DNA of 64,000 nucleotides from Paraspadella gotoi. Lineage: Eukaryota; Animalia; Chaetognatha. The notes under the pieces are model-generated. The model was not told where the DNA came from. It did no database searches and saw nothing but the letters and a program-made list of their open reading frames with translations. The first letter of the stretch is position 1. Every line of letters begins with the position of its first letter. Shown here piece after piece: positions 25,725-38,421 of the stretch. The stretch spans positions 2,343,958 to 2,407,957 of the forward strand of contig CM119269.1 of assembly GCA_051294375.1 (NCBI GenBank), read 5' to 3'. A program made the position numbers and the translations under genes.

Positions 25725-26036
25725 TTTGACTCGTCAACGGAGGGAGGTGCCAGGGCATAAGGGGTGGATTCGCCGTGAAAAGGGATTTCAATCGGGTAGA
25801 AGGAAAAACTTTCAATAATCGAAGTAGGAAATAGATTTGGAAAATATTAAGAAAAATGAAAATTGGCTTTTCTTCAAGGACTATGATAATCATTGTTAGC
25901 TGATTGCGTAATGCGTTTATGAGGAGCGGAAAAAAACATCAGTTTTGTTTAAATTAGTGTAAATAAGACATATATAATATACATAACATAATATACATTG
26001 TATATGACTCGACTTTATTACTCTTCTCCGAATCAG

Positions 26037-26126
26037 GAATCGTGGAGGGAGACGAAATTCTGTCCATCAACGGAAAACCAGTGAGAGAATTGGACATGAC
26101 CTACGTCGAGTCTCTTTTGGGACAAG
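26037..26126 (+). CDS. sif: Still life/TIAM-like Rac GEF, exon B (PDZ C-terminal half)
   Basis: ctcttctccgaatcag|GA ... CAAG|gtaagg, phase 1/1. Encodes GIVEGDEILSINGKPVRELDMTYVESLLGQ: classic PDZ GD.IL.ING motif plus the SIF-like LDM.Y.ES.L helix. Confidence 0.92.
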
Positions 26127-26529
26127 GTAAGGCGTTTTGTAAAAGTTGTTGGGTAAGTTGCTTGGCGAGGAAAAGAGGTAAAAAGTGATTTGTAAGGGTC
26201 TTTGTATGTCACTAGTTTTAGCCAAAAAAAGCGCTGACTCGTCATGCACTAATTTACCAAGCAGGCAAGCATTCGTTATACTGAATCCATCTTATCTTAT
26301 CTTTGCTTCCTTTATAAACCTAAGATTAAATTCAAATGCCTCGCGTCAAGCGTCTGAGTCATTGTTGAGAATCCCGTATGTTGTTCCCGGATGTAGATCC
26401 TCGTTGCGGGACCAGGATGAGCAAAATAAAATGCGTCCCGGGATATTTTTTTTTCTTAACTCTTGTCGCCGGGGACGACTTTGTAACGTGACCGAATTCC
26501 GCTTTTTCGCTCGTTTTTTCTCTTTGTTT

Positions 26530-26790
26530 GTCCTTGCTTTCTTTTGTTTCGTCCTTGCTTTCTGTTGTTTCGTCCTTGCTTTCTGTTGTTTCGTCCTTGC
26601 TTTCTGTTGTTTCGTCCTTGCTTTCTGTTGTTTTCTTCCAGCTTTCTCTCCACTTTTTTCCCGCTTTCTCTCCGCTTTCTTTTTGCTTTCTCTCTGCTTT
26701 CTTCCCGCTTTCTCTCCGCTTTCTTCCCGCTTTCTCTCCGCTTTCTTCCCGATTTCTCTTTGCTTTCTTCACGCTTTCTCTCCGCTTTCT
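26530..26790. repeat. 21-bp (gtccttgctttctgttgtttc) and ~11/22-bp (ttctctccgctttcttcccgct) minisatellites
   Basis: Tandem units read directly; explains ORFs 26185-26910. Confidence 0.9.
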
Positions 26791-26950
26791 TCCCTTATCG
26801 GAAAAGAAAAATAAGAAGCGAGCGTGGATTTCGATGGAGAAGCGAGATTTATTCCTTGTTGCGTAATTGAGATTCAGTTCCGGAATAAAAATCCGATGGC
26901 AATTTTTCACTTTTTTCTTTAAGAAGAGAGGAACATTGAAAAAAAAATTC

Positions 26951-27267
26951 AGATGCGTAGCCGCATCTCAGTATGAGACAATCCTTCTGTTGGTCGTGAC
27001 GCCCCTGATCGGTCGGTCGGGTCGGTCGGTCGGTCGGTCGGTCGGTCGGTCGGTCGGTCGGGTCGGTCGGTCGGTCGTCGGTCGGTCGGTCGGTCGGTCG
27101 GTCGGTCGGTCGGTCGTCGGTCGGTCGGTCGGTCGTCGGTCGGTCGGTCCGGTCGGTCGGGCGCGGTCGGTCGGTCGGTCCGGTCGGTCGGTCGGTCGGT
27201 CGGTCGGTCGCGTCGGTCGGTCGGTCGGTCCGGTCGCGGTCGGTCGTCGGTCGGCGGTCCGGTCGGT
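26951..27267 (+). mobile_element. DINE/Helentron-like head with (GGTC)n microsatellite
   Basis: Hairpin AGATGCG-tagc-CGCATCT followed by ~260 bp of degenerate (GGTC)n. Confidence 0.55.
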
Positions 27268-27660
27268 TTTTGCGATTAACTTATCATCGATATCTTAAAT
27301 TATAATTGATGAAAAAAAAGAAAAGAGAGAAAAAGATAAAACCTCAGATTTTTCGCCGCATCTTGAAGTCTAAAAAAAAAAACAACCCAAGAAAACTGCG
27401 GGAAAAAATATGGTTTGCCCGGGAAGGGGTGGGAAGCGCTGGAACTCTAGGGACGCCTGGGGTGATTACAGCCAGAGTCTGGAGTTTAAACTGACTCAGA
27501 CGCTGCGGGCGATTACATCCGGGATCTTGAGTGAAAACTGACTCATTACAATTACATCCGGGGTCTTTGGGCTTCCGGATACGGCCCTGGGGTCCGTCGA
27601 ACGAATGTGTAAGCGAGAGAAAGTTTGAAATAACCCTTTGAATTTTATTTTCTCTCTCTC

Positions 27661-27693
<33 letters not shown>

Positions 27694-27718
27694 GTACTTT
27701 TCTTTCTCTTTGTCTCAG

Positions 27719-27811
27719 GGGCGTCTGTGTTTCTGACCGTCCGGTCCGCGCGGTCGGAACCCCCCTCCATGGCCATACTCGTCGAGCAGGACATGATGGA
27801 CTCGTCTATGG
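27719..27811 (+). CDS. sif: Still life/TIAM-like Rac GEF, exon C (PDZ last strand + linker)
   Basis: (CT)n/pyrimidine tract-tctcag|GG ... ATGG|gtaagt, phase 1/1. Encodes GASVFLTVRSARSEPPSMAILVEQDMMDSSM, resembling SIF 'RSSRTEPP...DMIDSL' (recalled, not searched). Confidence 0.88.
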
Positions 27812-28191
27812 GTAAGTCGTATTTGTGCCTACGGGTAAGTCATGTGGATATGAGTCTTGTCTGGATCGCGTCGATCTTGGTTCTCTTTTCCCTATTGGTC
27901 TCTTGTCTGGCGCCCAAGCAGCGCCCTCTGCTACCCGGTCTCCCGTTTTAGTCTGCGTCTTTATAGTTCACTTTCTTCTTTTTTTTCTTCTTTTCTCTTA
28001 TTTTCCTTTCTGATCTTTCTTTTTTAGTAAAATTTTACGCGTTTCGTTCTTTCGGCGTTTTTTCTCCTATTTTTAAAAAATCCTTTTACCCTTCTTTCTT
28101 TCCTCTGTTTTTATTTATTTTTTTAATTTATTTATTAATTTTTTTGTTATTTTTATTTGTTATTTATTTATTTTTTTGTTATTTTTATTTG

Positions 28192-28250
<59 letters not shown>

Positions 28251-28880
28251 TTTCTTTCATGCAGTCTTTATTTTTTTTCTTTTTGCTTTTTCATTTTATC
28301 TTTCTTCCTCTTCCAAGATTAAAAAATTCTCTTTAAACCCGTTACTGTTTTTTTTTTCCGACTTCGACTTTCCCTTTTTTTTTCATCATCTTCTCTTCCC
28401 CATTCAATATCTGGGAAAGGGAAAGCGTCATTAACATATTCTCGATGAAGCTCATCGCGTGCCTTTCAACTACAAAAGATTGTTTTTCATCATTAGACGG
28501 AAGATTCATTAGCTCCCTTCTCTAAAGAATAGTGACTCCCAAAAAAAAGGAAATATATTAATAGGAAAAAAAAAGACAATTAGTGAAGGAACAGATGGTT
28601 TAATAAAAGCTGAGTTTTTAGTTCTAGATTGATTAATAAAAAAATATGGCTTGTAAACTCCTTTGACATGGACGCTTTACGTAATTTGTTATTTAAAAAA
28701 ATTGTTTTTTTAAAAAAATACTTCCGAAACTATCATATTAAAATTTTAAGAGATGGTTTTCGCTTGTGGACGACAAGAGTGGTTGCATAACTTTCTAGGC
28801 TTTTATAATGGATACAATGCTGCGTTGGCTAAGAGGCTCTGTTTCCAGGCTGTTTTTTTTCTGTTTATTCCTGAGGTATA

Positions 28881-29498
28881 CACTAAGGCGTAGTAAAATT
28901 TCTAAATTTAACTTAAATTAAAATTCTAAAAGTGAGGAATGAATAACATTATACTAATAACCATTTATGTAATAAAAAAATTTATAATAAATTTTACAAT
29001 TTACGCAGTAAGCCATATTTATACTAGTACTAAACCAATAAATGTTAAAATTTCAAAACAGTTTTTTCTAAGATTTTTTTGCAGATTTGGATTCGTCATA
29101 AAAAGTTGATAAAAAGAAATATAACTCTTTTTGAAAAATTCCTTCATTAAGTGGGTCAAAAATTCAAAAAAGCTATATTTTAAGCTGAAAATTAATTTTT
29201 TATATATTAAATATAGTTTTTTTAATTTTTAACCCACTTAATGAAATAATTTTTTAAAATGATTTATATTTTCTTTTATCAACTTTTGACGAGGAATTCA
29301 AATCTGCAATCAAAATTAAGAAAAGCTTATTTTGAAATTTTTCGATTTTATAAGGATAGTACTATATATAAATATAGCCTACTGTGAAAATTAAAAAACA
29401 TAAAATTAATTTTTTTTACAAATTAATGTTCACTGATGGTATGTTGTTCATAATTGACTTTTAGAATTTTCGTATGTAACTTTCACTACGCCTTAGTA
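28881..29498. mobile_element. Tc1/mariner-type MITE with TA TSD, near-palindromic
   Basis: TA|CACTAAGGCGTAGT ... ACTACGCCTTAGTA|TA. Interior halves 29080-29170 and 29225-29305 are also inverted. Related sequence lies at 9087-9290 and 7837-8010. Confidence 0.75.
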
Positions 29499-30813
29499 TA
29501 CACGCTTTGCTCACTTTGCTCAATATGCACAGGCTGTGATCTGTCTTATTTTATTGTGAGAGACGTTCTTTTTCCGCTGACTTTATAAAAAAATACTAAA
29601 TACTCGTTCGACGACCGTTTTAATCACACGCGCGAGTTCATTTGTTTTGATGAAGAAAAAACTAAGCCGGTTTCTAAAAAAAATTACTTGTTTTTTTGTT
29701 TTTCGTTTTTCGCGAGATTCGTTATACGACTCTTGACATCGTTTCCCGCTCCATGATCCACATTCGTTGTTTTCACATCTAGTACTCGACCTTTTCGGTC
29801 GGTCTGTCGTTCTGTCTGTCCGTCGGTCTGTCCCACTTACGTTAAAAATGCATATAATTCGCCTATAGTTGGTTGCTCATTTGTTAAAACGTACAAAAAT
29901 CTCAAATTTAAGTGACTACTAGCGCTGCCTTTAGGAAATCCTAAAACTGTAAGGAATAAAAGACGTAATTTGGATGCAGTGCATGTCATAAATACAAGGG
30001 CTAAGAAAGTTTTTTAGTCCAGTCATGCCATGTCAGATCATGTGATCGAAGAGAAATAGACGTGAAAATAAAGTCACTGCTGGAATCACCCTTCTTGTTT
30101 ATAAATATAAAACTAAAGAAGAAACAAATGTGTGTCAGATCTCTCGTGATGTCGGTTATCGCGATTCTTCCTCTCGACGATTACGTTTTTTTCGTTTTGA
30201 GGAAACGTTTGGAGACGAGACAAAAAAAAACAAAAAACAAAAACAAAACAAAACACCCCCCCAAAAAAAAACAAAAAAAAAAAACAAAAACAAAAAAACA
30301 AAAAAACAATACAAATAGATAGAAAGTCGGTTTTTCTTTTGTTTTTATCTTCGGTGAGATTAACTTAAAGTCTAATAATAATTTCATCATATCGATGCTA
30401 ATATTGTTCTGTTTTTAAAAAGATTTTAAAGAAGCGTTAATAGAGCTTGTGTGCCTAATATTTAATGCTTAATGTAAATTATTTAAAATTATATATTTCA
30501 GAAAATGTGAAATCGCTCGCTGCCATATTATGTCTTCTCTACTAAAGTAAAAACAAAAAAGAGAGTAAGCCAAAGAGAAGAGGATTTTTACGAGAAATAC
30601 ACAATCTCAGCCTTCACTTTTATTACTTTACTTAGAGCTTGAAAAGTTCCATTAACGTTTTTACTACTTTCATCTACGAAATTACGACTCCTCGTCCGCG
30701 GCAGCTTGCTCTCACCCGTGACCTTACCCTCCTTTGCACTCAACCGATTTGCGTCAGTTTCATTTGGAACTTATCTCCGTCCCCAACCCGACCCATTTCC
30801 CCCCCCCACGCAG

Positions 30814-30896
30814 CAGGCATCGATTTGACGCCGACGAAGGAAGAATCGATCCGTCGACGCCGCAGCACGAGAGGATCGTCGCTGGACTCCCTCGAG
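30814..30896 (+). CDS. sif: Still life/TIAM-like Rac GEF, exon D (PDZ-DH linker)
   Basis: C-rich tract-cag|cag| tandem acceptor (phase 1), donor GAG|gtaagt (phase 0). Encodes AGIDLTPTKEESIRRRRSTRGSSLDSLE. The phases bridge exons C and E. Confidence 0.75.
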
Positions 30897-31689
30897 GTAA
30901 GTTAGGGCAGAAGAGAGATTAGAAGGAAACTGGGGTTTATTTTTCGGGTAAGTTTGATAAAACTTTGATTCGTTTGGAAAGTTTAAATTGCGGTTTAGGC
31001 TTCCGCGGTGGAGCTGGGGAATGATGAAATGATAAAATGAGAAAAAAATATGAACAAGTGTGCGAAACAATATAAACCACTATGCAAATATGGAACCGGG
31101 CAAATACGCACTGGAAACGGTCGAGTGCCGTTGAATCCGCATTAATTAGCGATGGGCAAATAACAACGGTCGCTTTTAATCGATATGAAAAAAAAAATAT
31201 TCGATATTACAACGTAATTAACACATAAAAAAGATTTTAACAGCTTTTTTTTCTTCTCGGTTTTTGTTCATGATGAAAAAAATGTATGTATGTATAATAT
31301 ATAATATAATATATAATTTAATATTGTATATAAATAGAGTAAAAAATGAATTGTAGAAAAGAAAGGCGCCTCACTCTTTTCGAAATGGAACCGAAGGTCT
31401 GAGAGAGACCAGCTTCTTGTCTCAATTCATCCCGCGACTTTGAACGAAGAGAAAGCGGTTAACCTTCCAAATAAGAAAACCTTAAAGGGAGGCGATTCTT
31501 AGAATATGGGTTCGCATAAAAAAAAGATTTGACGAAATAAAACTGCTTCGACGTCGCTTCCATCTGCGGAAGAAAAAATAAAAGGAAGAGAGGAAAAAAA
31601 AATATAGGGATGAGAGTTGGGAAAAAAAAGAGAACGAGTGGGAGGAATAAAAAAAAAATATTGAGGCTTCATTTTTTCTTTTTTCGTGT

Positions 31690-32254
31690 CTTCTCTTTTT
31701 CTCCCTTTCCTATCTTCTCCTTACTCATTACCTCTCTTTTTTATCTCTTTCCTCTCTCCTCCTTACTCATTTTCTCTCTCGTTTGCTCTCTTTTTTTTCT
31801 CCTCTTTACTCATTACCTCTCTCTTTTTATCTCTTTCATCTCGCTTCCTTTCTCATTACCTCTCTCTTTTTATCTCTTTCCTCTCTCCTCCTTTCTCATT
31901 ACCTCTCTCTTTTTATCTCTTTCCTCTCTCCTCCTTTCTCATTACCTCTCTCGTTTGCTCTCTTTTTTTTCTCCTCTTTACTCATTACTTCTCTCTTTTT
32001 ATCTCTTTCATCTCGCTTCCTTTCTCATTACCTCTCTCTTTTTATCCCTTTTCTCTCTCCTCCTTACTCATTTTCTCTCTCGTTTGCTCTCTTTTTTTTC
32101 TCCTCTTTACTCATTACCTCTCTCTTTTATCTCTTTCCTCTCTCCTCCTACTCATTACCTCTCTCTTTTTTCTCCTTTCCTCTCTCCTCTTACTCATTAC
32201 CTCTCTCTTTTTCTCCCTTTTCTTTCTCTTTCCCATTTCTCCCCTCATCTACCT

Positions 32255-32303
<49 letters not shown>

Positions 32304-32945
32304 CCCAGAGCAACGACGTGGAAGAGGACGACGACGACGACGAGGGCGGATTCGGCTCCGCCCATCATTCGCGTCGACTTGAGGACGACTTCATCGCCGG
32401 AGGTGAGTTCATCGCCGGAGGTGAGTTCCTCCTATTTTCGCGTCGCGGTTCCCGAGGTCGCCGGATCGCGGTTCTGCGTCGTCGTCTTAATTCGTATTTA
32501 TTTATTTAAACCTTTCATTTAAGGCTGATTTAATTTTAAAGATTATTTTTTTTCGGTATGATAGGATAGAAATAGGAAAGATAAGGAAATGGGAAAGGGG
32601 AAAAAGGAAAAGGGGGAAAAAGGGAAAAGAGAGGAAGATAGGAAAATAGGAAAGAGAGGGAAATGGGAAAGGGGAAAAAGGAAAAGAGGGAAAAAGGGAA
32701 AAAGGGAAAAGAGAGGAAGATAGGAAAATAGGAAAGAGAGGGAAATGGGAAAGGGGAAAAAGGAAAAGGGGGAAAAAGGGAAAAGAGAGGAAGATAGGAA
32801 AATAGGAAAGAGAGGGAAAGGGGAAAGGGGAAAAAGGAAAAGGGGGAAAAGACACGAAGATAGGAAAGAAAGGAAAGAAATGGAAAAGGGAAAAGGGGGA
32901 AAGAGGAAAAGAGAAAAAGAGAGAAAGAAAAAAAAAAGAAAAGAG
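31690..32945. repeat. CT-rich (31690-32300) and GA-rich (32565-32945) compound minisatellites flanking exon E
   Basis: Recurrent tcattacctctctctttttatctctttcctctctcc and ggaaaataggaaagagagggaaatgggaaaggggaaaa units. Confidence 0.88.
32309..32402 (+). CDS. sif: Still life/TIAM-like Rac GEF, exon E (acidic linker); alternative donor at 32420
   Basis: (CT)n-cccccag|AGC (phase 0) ... GGAG|gtgagt (phase 1). Encodes SNDVEEDDDDDEGGFGSAHHSRRLEDDFIAG. GC-rich island between low-complexity blocks. Confidence 0.78.
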
Positions 32946-33482
32946 GTCAGAAGCACGATGTATAATTTGTAATTTGTAATTTGTAATAATTGTATGTAAA
33001 AGAGCGGCCAGGGCTCACTGAGTGACGGCGCGCTCTGATGGGCGGAGCCTCTTTTGGATATTTTTTTGTCCGAGGAAAATGGATTCGACAGGAAAGCGGA
33101 TCATGAAAGATCGAGGGTCGAAAGGGGAGAGTCGAGCTTTGACTGCGTAGAATCATGTACAACCGGTAAATTGTGCGCTGCGGGGTCGAGAGTAAAGGTT
33201 GTAGTGCACACGGGGAACACTCGCGAAAATTCTGACGAGACAGTCGAATAATTGTATTCATATATTTTACGAATGAGTTCATAAAGTTAAAATCTTAAAT
33301 AAGCTAAATATGAGCGATTGTCTTTTATCGAGATGAACAAATTTTTTTAAGAATTGAAAGGAATTGAAATGAATATAAAAAAAAGTGGCGGATTTTTAAT
33401 TTGATTTAATTTATCGATTCCGAAGTTGCAAATCTTCTTTGTAATACGGAACTTGAAATTGAAAATCTTTTTTTTTCATCAG

Positions 33483-33613
33483 ATCCTTCGACGATGCGGT
33501 TCGAGGGCGTCGGCGGCGGCGTCGGCGGCGGCGGCGCCAGAGGAATGACCGACGCTCAAAAAATCACCAAATGCCTCATGGAACTTGTTGAGACGGAAAG
33601 GCAATACGTTAAG
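33483..33613 (+). CDS. sif: Still life/TIAM-like Rac GEF, exon F (start of DH/RhoGEF domain)
   Basis: ttttttcatcag|AT (phase 1) ... AAG|gtaagt (phase 0). Encodes DPSTMRFEGVGGGVGGGGARGMTDAQKITKCLMELVETERQYVK. ELVETERQYV is DH conserved region 1, and 'TDAQK..K' parallels TIAM/SIF 'SDA.KLRK'. Confidence 0.93.
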
Positions 33614-34339
33614 GTAAGTCATTTCAAACTCATCTTTTCTATCGCTGATATCTCTATTGCGGAACACGACTTTTTTTTTATCATACTTTATGCGAGTTGG
33701 TTTTTTTTTAAATTAAAGACAACGATTTTTCGATTGTGTTTTTTTCTTATATGTGCATCTCAAACATATTTAACAGGTACTAATTTTGTCTCTACACCAA
33801 ATTTGAACGATTTTTTACGATTTAGGTGTCTTTATCGATGTAGAGTAAGTAACAAACTTTTTTTTTCTGTCTCGAATCTTTTTTAATTTTTGATTAGACA
33901 GTTATCAAACATTATCTTCGACACCGACTACTTTAGTTAAGTTAAATCCTCGATTCTCACTTGGTGGCAGCGATCATCAATCCTTACCAATCTGCTTCAG
34001 CTGAAAATAGTAAATAAACCTGAAGTCGCCTAAATATTATCATCTTGTCATGTCTCGTCTTGCCACGCTCTTGTCATCAACGGTCTATTCTTACAGTCGC
34101 TCATATCAAGCCAGCCGCTCCGCTACAGCGATCCCGAACGCCTCTCATCGCCTCCTATCGCCTCCGCCCTTCGCCTCCGCCTCCGTTGCCTCGAATAAAA
34201 ACCCATAAAAGGTTTTATTTCGCGGATAACAATCGACTTTTTTTTTAAGGTTTTGTTTTGTTTCTATTTTGGTTTTTGTTTTTGTCGATCCAATCGACGT
34301 TTCTCTCTGAGCTCCTCCTTTCCGTCTCCGCTGTCCGAT

Positions 34340-34421
<82 letters not shown>

Positions 34422-35884
34422 ACAGAGAGATTGAGAGAGAGAGAGTTAGAAAAAAAAACCTTTTCTTTGCCTTTTGTCAACGACATTCAGAGCGGCGAGG
34501 CACCCAGTCGCTCACCCCGTGACTCAAGTAACTCGCTAACCAACCCACTAACTTACCGTCTCGATCAACAGCTCGATTTTTCACTCCCCTCCACTTTCAC
34601 CATCGCAAACTCATCACTTTTTCACTCTCCCTTTCGCTCACAACCGATGCATCCTTTTTTTCATCATTTTTTGGAAAATCTTGATCGGGCAATGTTCGCT
34701 CTATTTCCCTTACAACGGCCACTTTCCTCTCTTTCCTCTCTTTCCCTCCTCTCTCCTCACGATCGGAACATTATCCAGTACCCACCCTCCTTTTTTTTTT
34801 CCCGGCATTGATTTTGCCCGCAAACGTGGAAAGACATTTATTGCGCGCGATAAAAAAAAAAAGGCACATAAACGCGGCGAGAAAAAAAAAGACAATATTT
34901 TTCTTTTGATGTAATCCGAATATCTTTTTTTTTTTTCGCCAACCGCGTTTGCAACTTTTCCCCTCGTCGACGCTGAACCGATAGCGCGACCGGGATAAGG
35001 CGAGATGTGAAACGCTTTTGTTTATCGTGAAAGATTTTCACGGAGTCCTCGGTAGTCGATGCTTTTTTTTAAAAAGCCTCCTTTCTTAATAGATAACTAA
35101 TATCTCTACTGATTAACTGCTGGGTAAAATTTTGTCAAAATTACCGCGGTAAAGAAAATATTTTTTTTAAATACATAATATTGGTCATTTTTGTGAGTGA
35201 TCGTTTTGATTATTCTTCGTGTCCTTCAATGATTGCATAACAAAATCTTATTAGTAAAACATGTTTTGTGACAAATAAAATGAGTTGACTAGTAATAAAA
35301 TAAAATAAATAAAATATCCCCTTTTATTTCTTGTTAATATTTACCCAGTAATAAAAATCTTTTCATCGAAAATTGGGGTCCTAAATCAAAACGCAAAAAA
35401 AGACCCGGGGTCTTTGTTTTTTTATTGCGACGTGTCTGACCTGTTATCGCAGTTGTCCTCTCTGGAGATTTCTTTGTTTTACAGTCACTGTAAAAAAAAA
35501 TGGTTCTTTGTTACCTTGTTTCTTTAACTTTCTTTCTTTTTGTTGTTCTTTTTTTTCCCCCTTTTTTCTTTTTAAAATTTTTTATATTCTTCCTCGTTTC
35601 CTTCTTACGTATTGTTACTTTTTCTCCTCTTCTCTCTATCCCAAGTACGAACCCCCAACCTTCATCATCCCTCGTCCATCCTTTCCTCGTTGTCCACTTC
35701 ACAACCCCAATTACACCCCCCCCCTCACTCGCTCCCCCCTTTTTATGACTTTCTACTAAAGCGAACTAACGACTGTTTTATGCAAGAAACTTTTTAGTCG
35801 AGAGAAGATCGCGATTCTTCACACGAAGAAACTGTCGCCCTTTCGTAGCTTTTAAAGCGAGCCCGCTGTATGCAAAAATATGCA

Positions 35885-36000
35885 GCCGGATGCAGCGATT
35901 TTCTGTCGCCGGATGCAGTGATTACTGTCGCCGGATGCAGCGATTTACTGTCGCCGGATGCAGCGATTTTCTGTCGCCGGATGCAGTGATTACTGTCGCC
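35885..36000. repeat. ~23-bp minisatellite (tgtcgccggatgcagcgattttc) x~5
   Basis: Tandem units read directly. Confidence 0.9.
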
Positions 36001-36364
36001 CTCGCCTCCCTGGAAAAAAAAATGGTATCGTCGGCGGAGAAGAGTTGCTGTCCTCGTGATTGTGACGGTGTGACATCAGGCGTCGGTGAACGGAAAGGCA
36101 GACGATTAACCTTGGAGTAATGGTTAATGATATTAAAACGACGTGGGCCTTTTATAGGAAAGCTTCCGAATAACGAAAACATTTTTGATTCCTCGCTGCG
36201 ATACGAAGGCTCTCCTGCGGCCCTTTGGATTGCTTGCCGCAACCAAGCGCCCTGGTCGGCTTGCTGCCACTGTGGCGGTGGAGCGAAGAATACTAATGAA
36301 AACGGGCCTCGGAGCTTTTTGCATGAGAATTACCGACGACGGAAAAATGGAGAAAGCAGTAATC

Positions 36365-36404
<40 letters not shown>

Positions 36405-37136
36405 AAGTTGCAGTTTATTTTCACTCAGTTCGCGCGGAATGTTTCACTCGTTTTGTTGGAATCGTCGATCGTGAGATCGTTAGTCGAGTCGATGAGGAGG
36501 TGATGGGATTTCTCACGATTCACGCCGACATTCACGGGTTTCCTCACCCCGTGAATTACCCCCACCCCCCTTAACACCAATCTATTTTAATTTACTTTAA
36601 TTTCTTTTATATTTATTCCTTTATTTAATTTTTATTGTCAAGATCGTTAGCTCAATGGAAAATAGAAAAATTATGAAGCAATTGATCGTAAAAGGGAATG
36701 AGAATAAATTGAGAGCCAAAGAGAAAGGGAGTGAAAGAGAAAGGGAGAGAAAGAGAAAGAGAAAGAGAAATGGAAAGGAGGAATCCCTGTCGGAACGAAC
36801 CATAAGAGAAGGAATCTTGATTTCGCTGATGCCTCATAAAAAAAACCCATAAAAAGCCTTTTATTGTCCCGAGATGGTTTGTTTACTACTTCGCGCGGTT
36901 ATCTTTATTCTTCTTCGGTTGTCGTACGCCCGGCTGATCCTCGTGTCCGACATTTCGTTTGTACGTGGCGACGCAAGTGGACACGCCCACCGTCAACAAC
37001 CTGGTACTGCCGTTTGTTTTCGTTTTGATGTATTTGGATCCAGGCGCCGTTATGACGTCTGGCCCTGCTGAAGATCGAAACTATTTTTCTATTTTCCGCT
37101 GGCAATGTATTAATTTTTATGTTATTACCTTTTCTT

Positions 37137-37189
<53 letters not shown>

Positions 37190-37477
37190 CTCTCACTCAT
37201 TCTCCCCTCTATCTCTTTCTTCCCTTTGAGAAAGAGGAACACCACTGTTTCATCTTGAGATTGTTATCCCATAATCTTCTCGAACGAATTGCATCGCAAT
37301 AAAAAAGCGATCTTAAAACGATTCTAGTCTTTGATGTGTTTATCCGAATCCTATGATTACGACACGGTTGCTAGGAGACGGGAAGATACAACATCTGTTG
37401 TTGTTGTTGTTGCCATAGGAAATAATGTATTTTCCAACTTTCCAATAACATCTTTACGTACTCATGTTTTCATTTTT

Positions 37478-37597
<120 letters not shown>

Positions 37598-38421
37598 TCC
37601 CTCTCTTTCCCATTCATCACAACAACAACGACAAGAAAGCCGACAAAGACAACGACGACATTTCCGGTCCAGAGATCGTCGCGCCAGTCAACGCCCATCG
37701 GAGGGGATTTGACGTCCCCGGATGAGAGAATAACGGATAAGAGAAAAGTATGTAAATGAGGTGTCGATGTGAGAGAACGGACTTTAATACGAACGATGTA
37801 ATTTATTTAGAAAACGAATTTTATTTTAACAAGTTTGAGCAAACGACTTCGTATTTGCCCACTGTCTACGATAATTGAGCAATCCGGTTAATCAGATCAT
37901 GAGTGCTCCTGTATTTATGTATTATTCGTATTTTTCCTCGAGGTATTTTTAAGCCTTTGGTAGACTTATTTGAACTAACCCTTTTGTTTTTGCAAAAAAT
38001 AATTAATTTATTTTTATTTGAGCAATGGTAGCGGACCGACCGACCGACGGACAGACACTAAAAGTGAAAAAAAAATCTTTTTAAGCTGACTCGGCGAAAA
38101 ACGAAATTTTTTGGTTCCAATAGACAAAAGTTTGGTCTTTTACAATTAAAAAAAAAAATTGAAACAAAGAATAAAAATAGTCGAACGCACATAAATGACA
38201 TTGGGACTTATTATTTATTACGATTTATAGAGTTGTTTATTTTGTTCGAGTCTTTTCTGCAGTCACGAGCTTTTGATCGCGCGGATGGCGCCCTCGTAGA
38301 TCTCCTGTTGGAGAGAGAGAGAGAGAGAGAAAGAGAAAGAGAAAGAGAGAGAGAGAAAGAAATAATGGGATTGATTTTCTCGATGTGAAAAGGCAAGTTC
38401 GTCGAAGGTCCCACGAACTCA

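Noticed and set aside
31610-32956. 299/278/199-aa hydrophobic 'membrane protein' ORFs
   Set aside because: Translation of CT- and GA-rich repeats; only 32309-32402 behaves as an exon.
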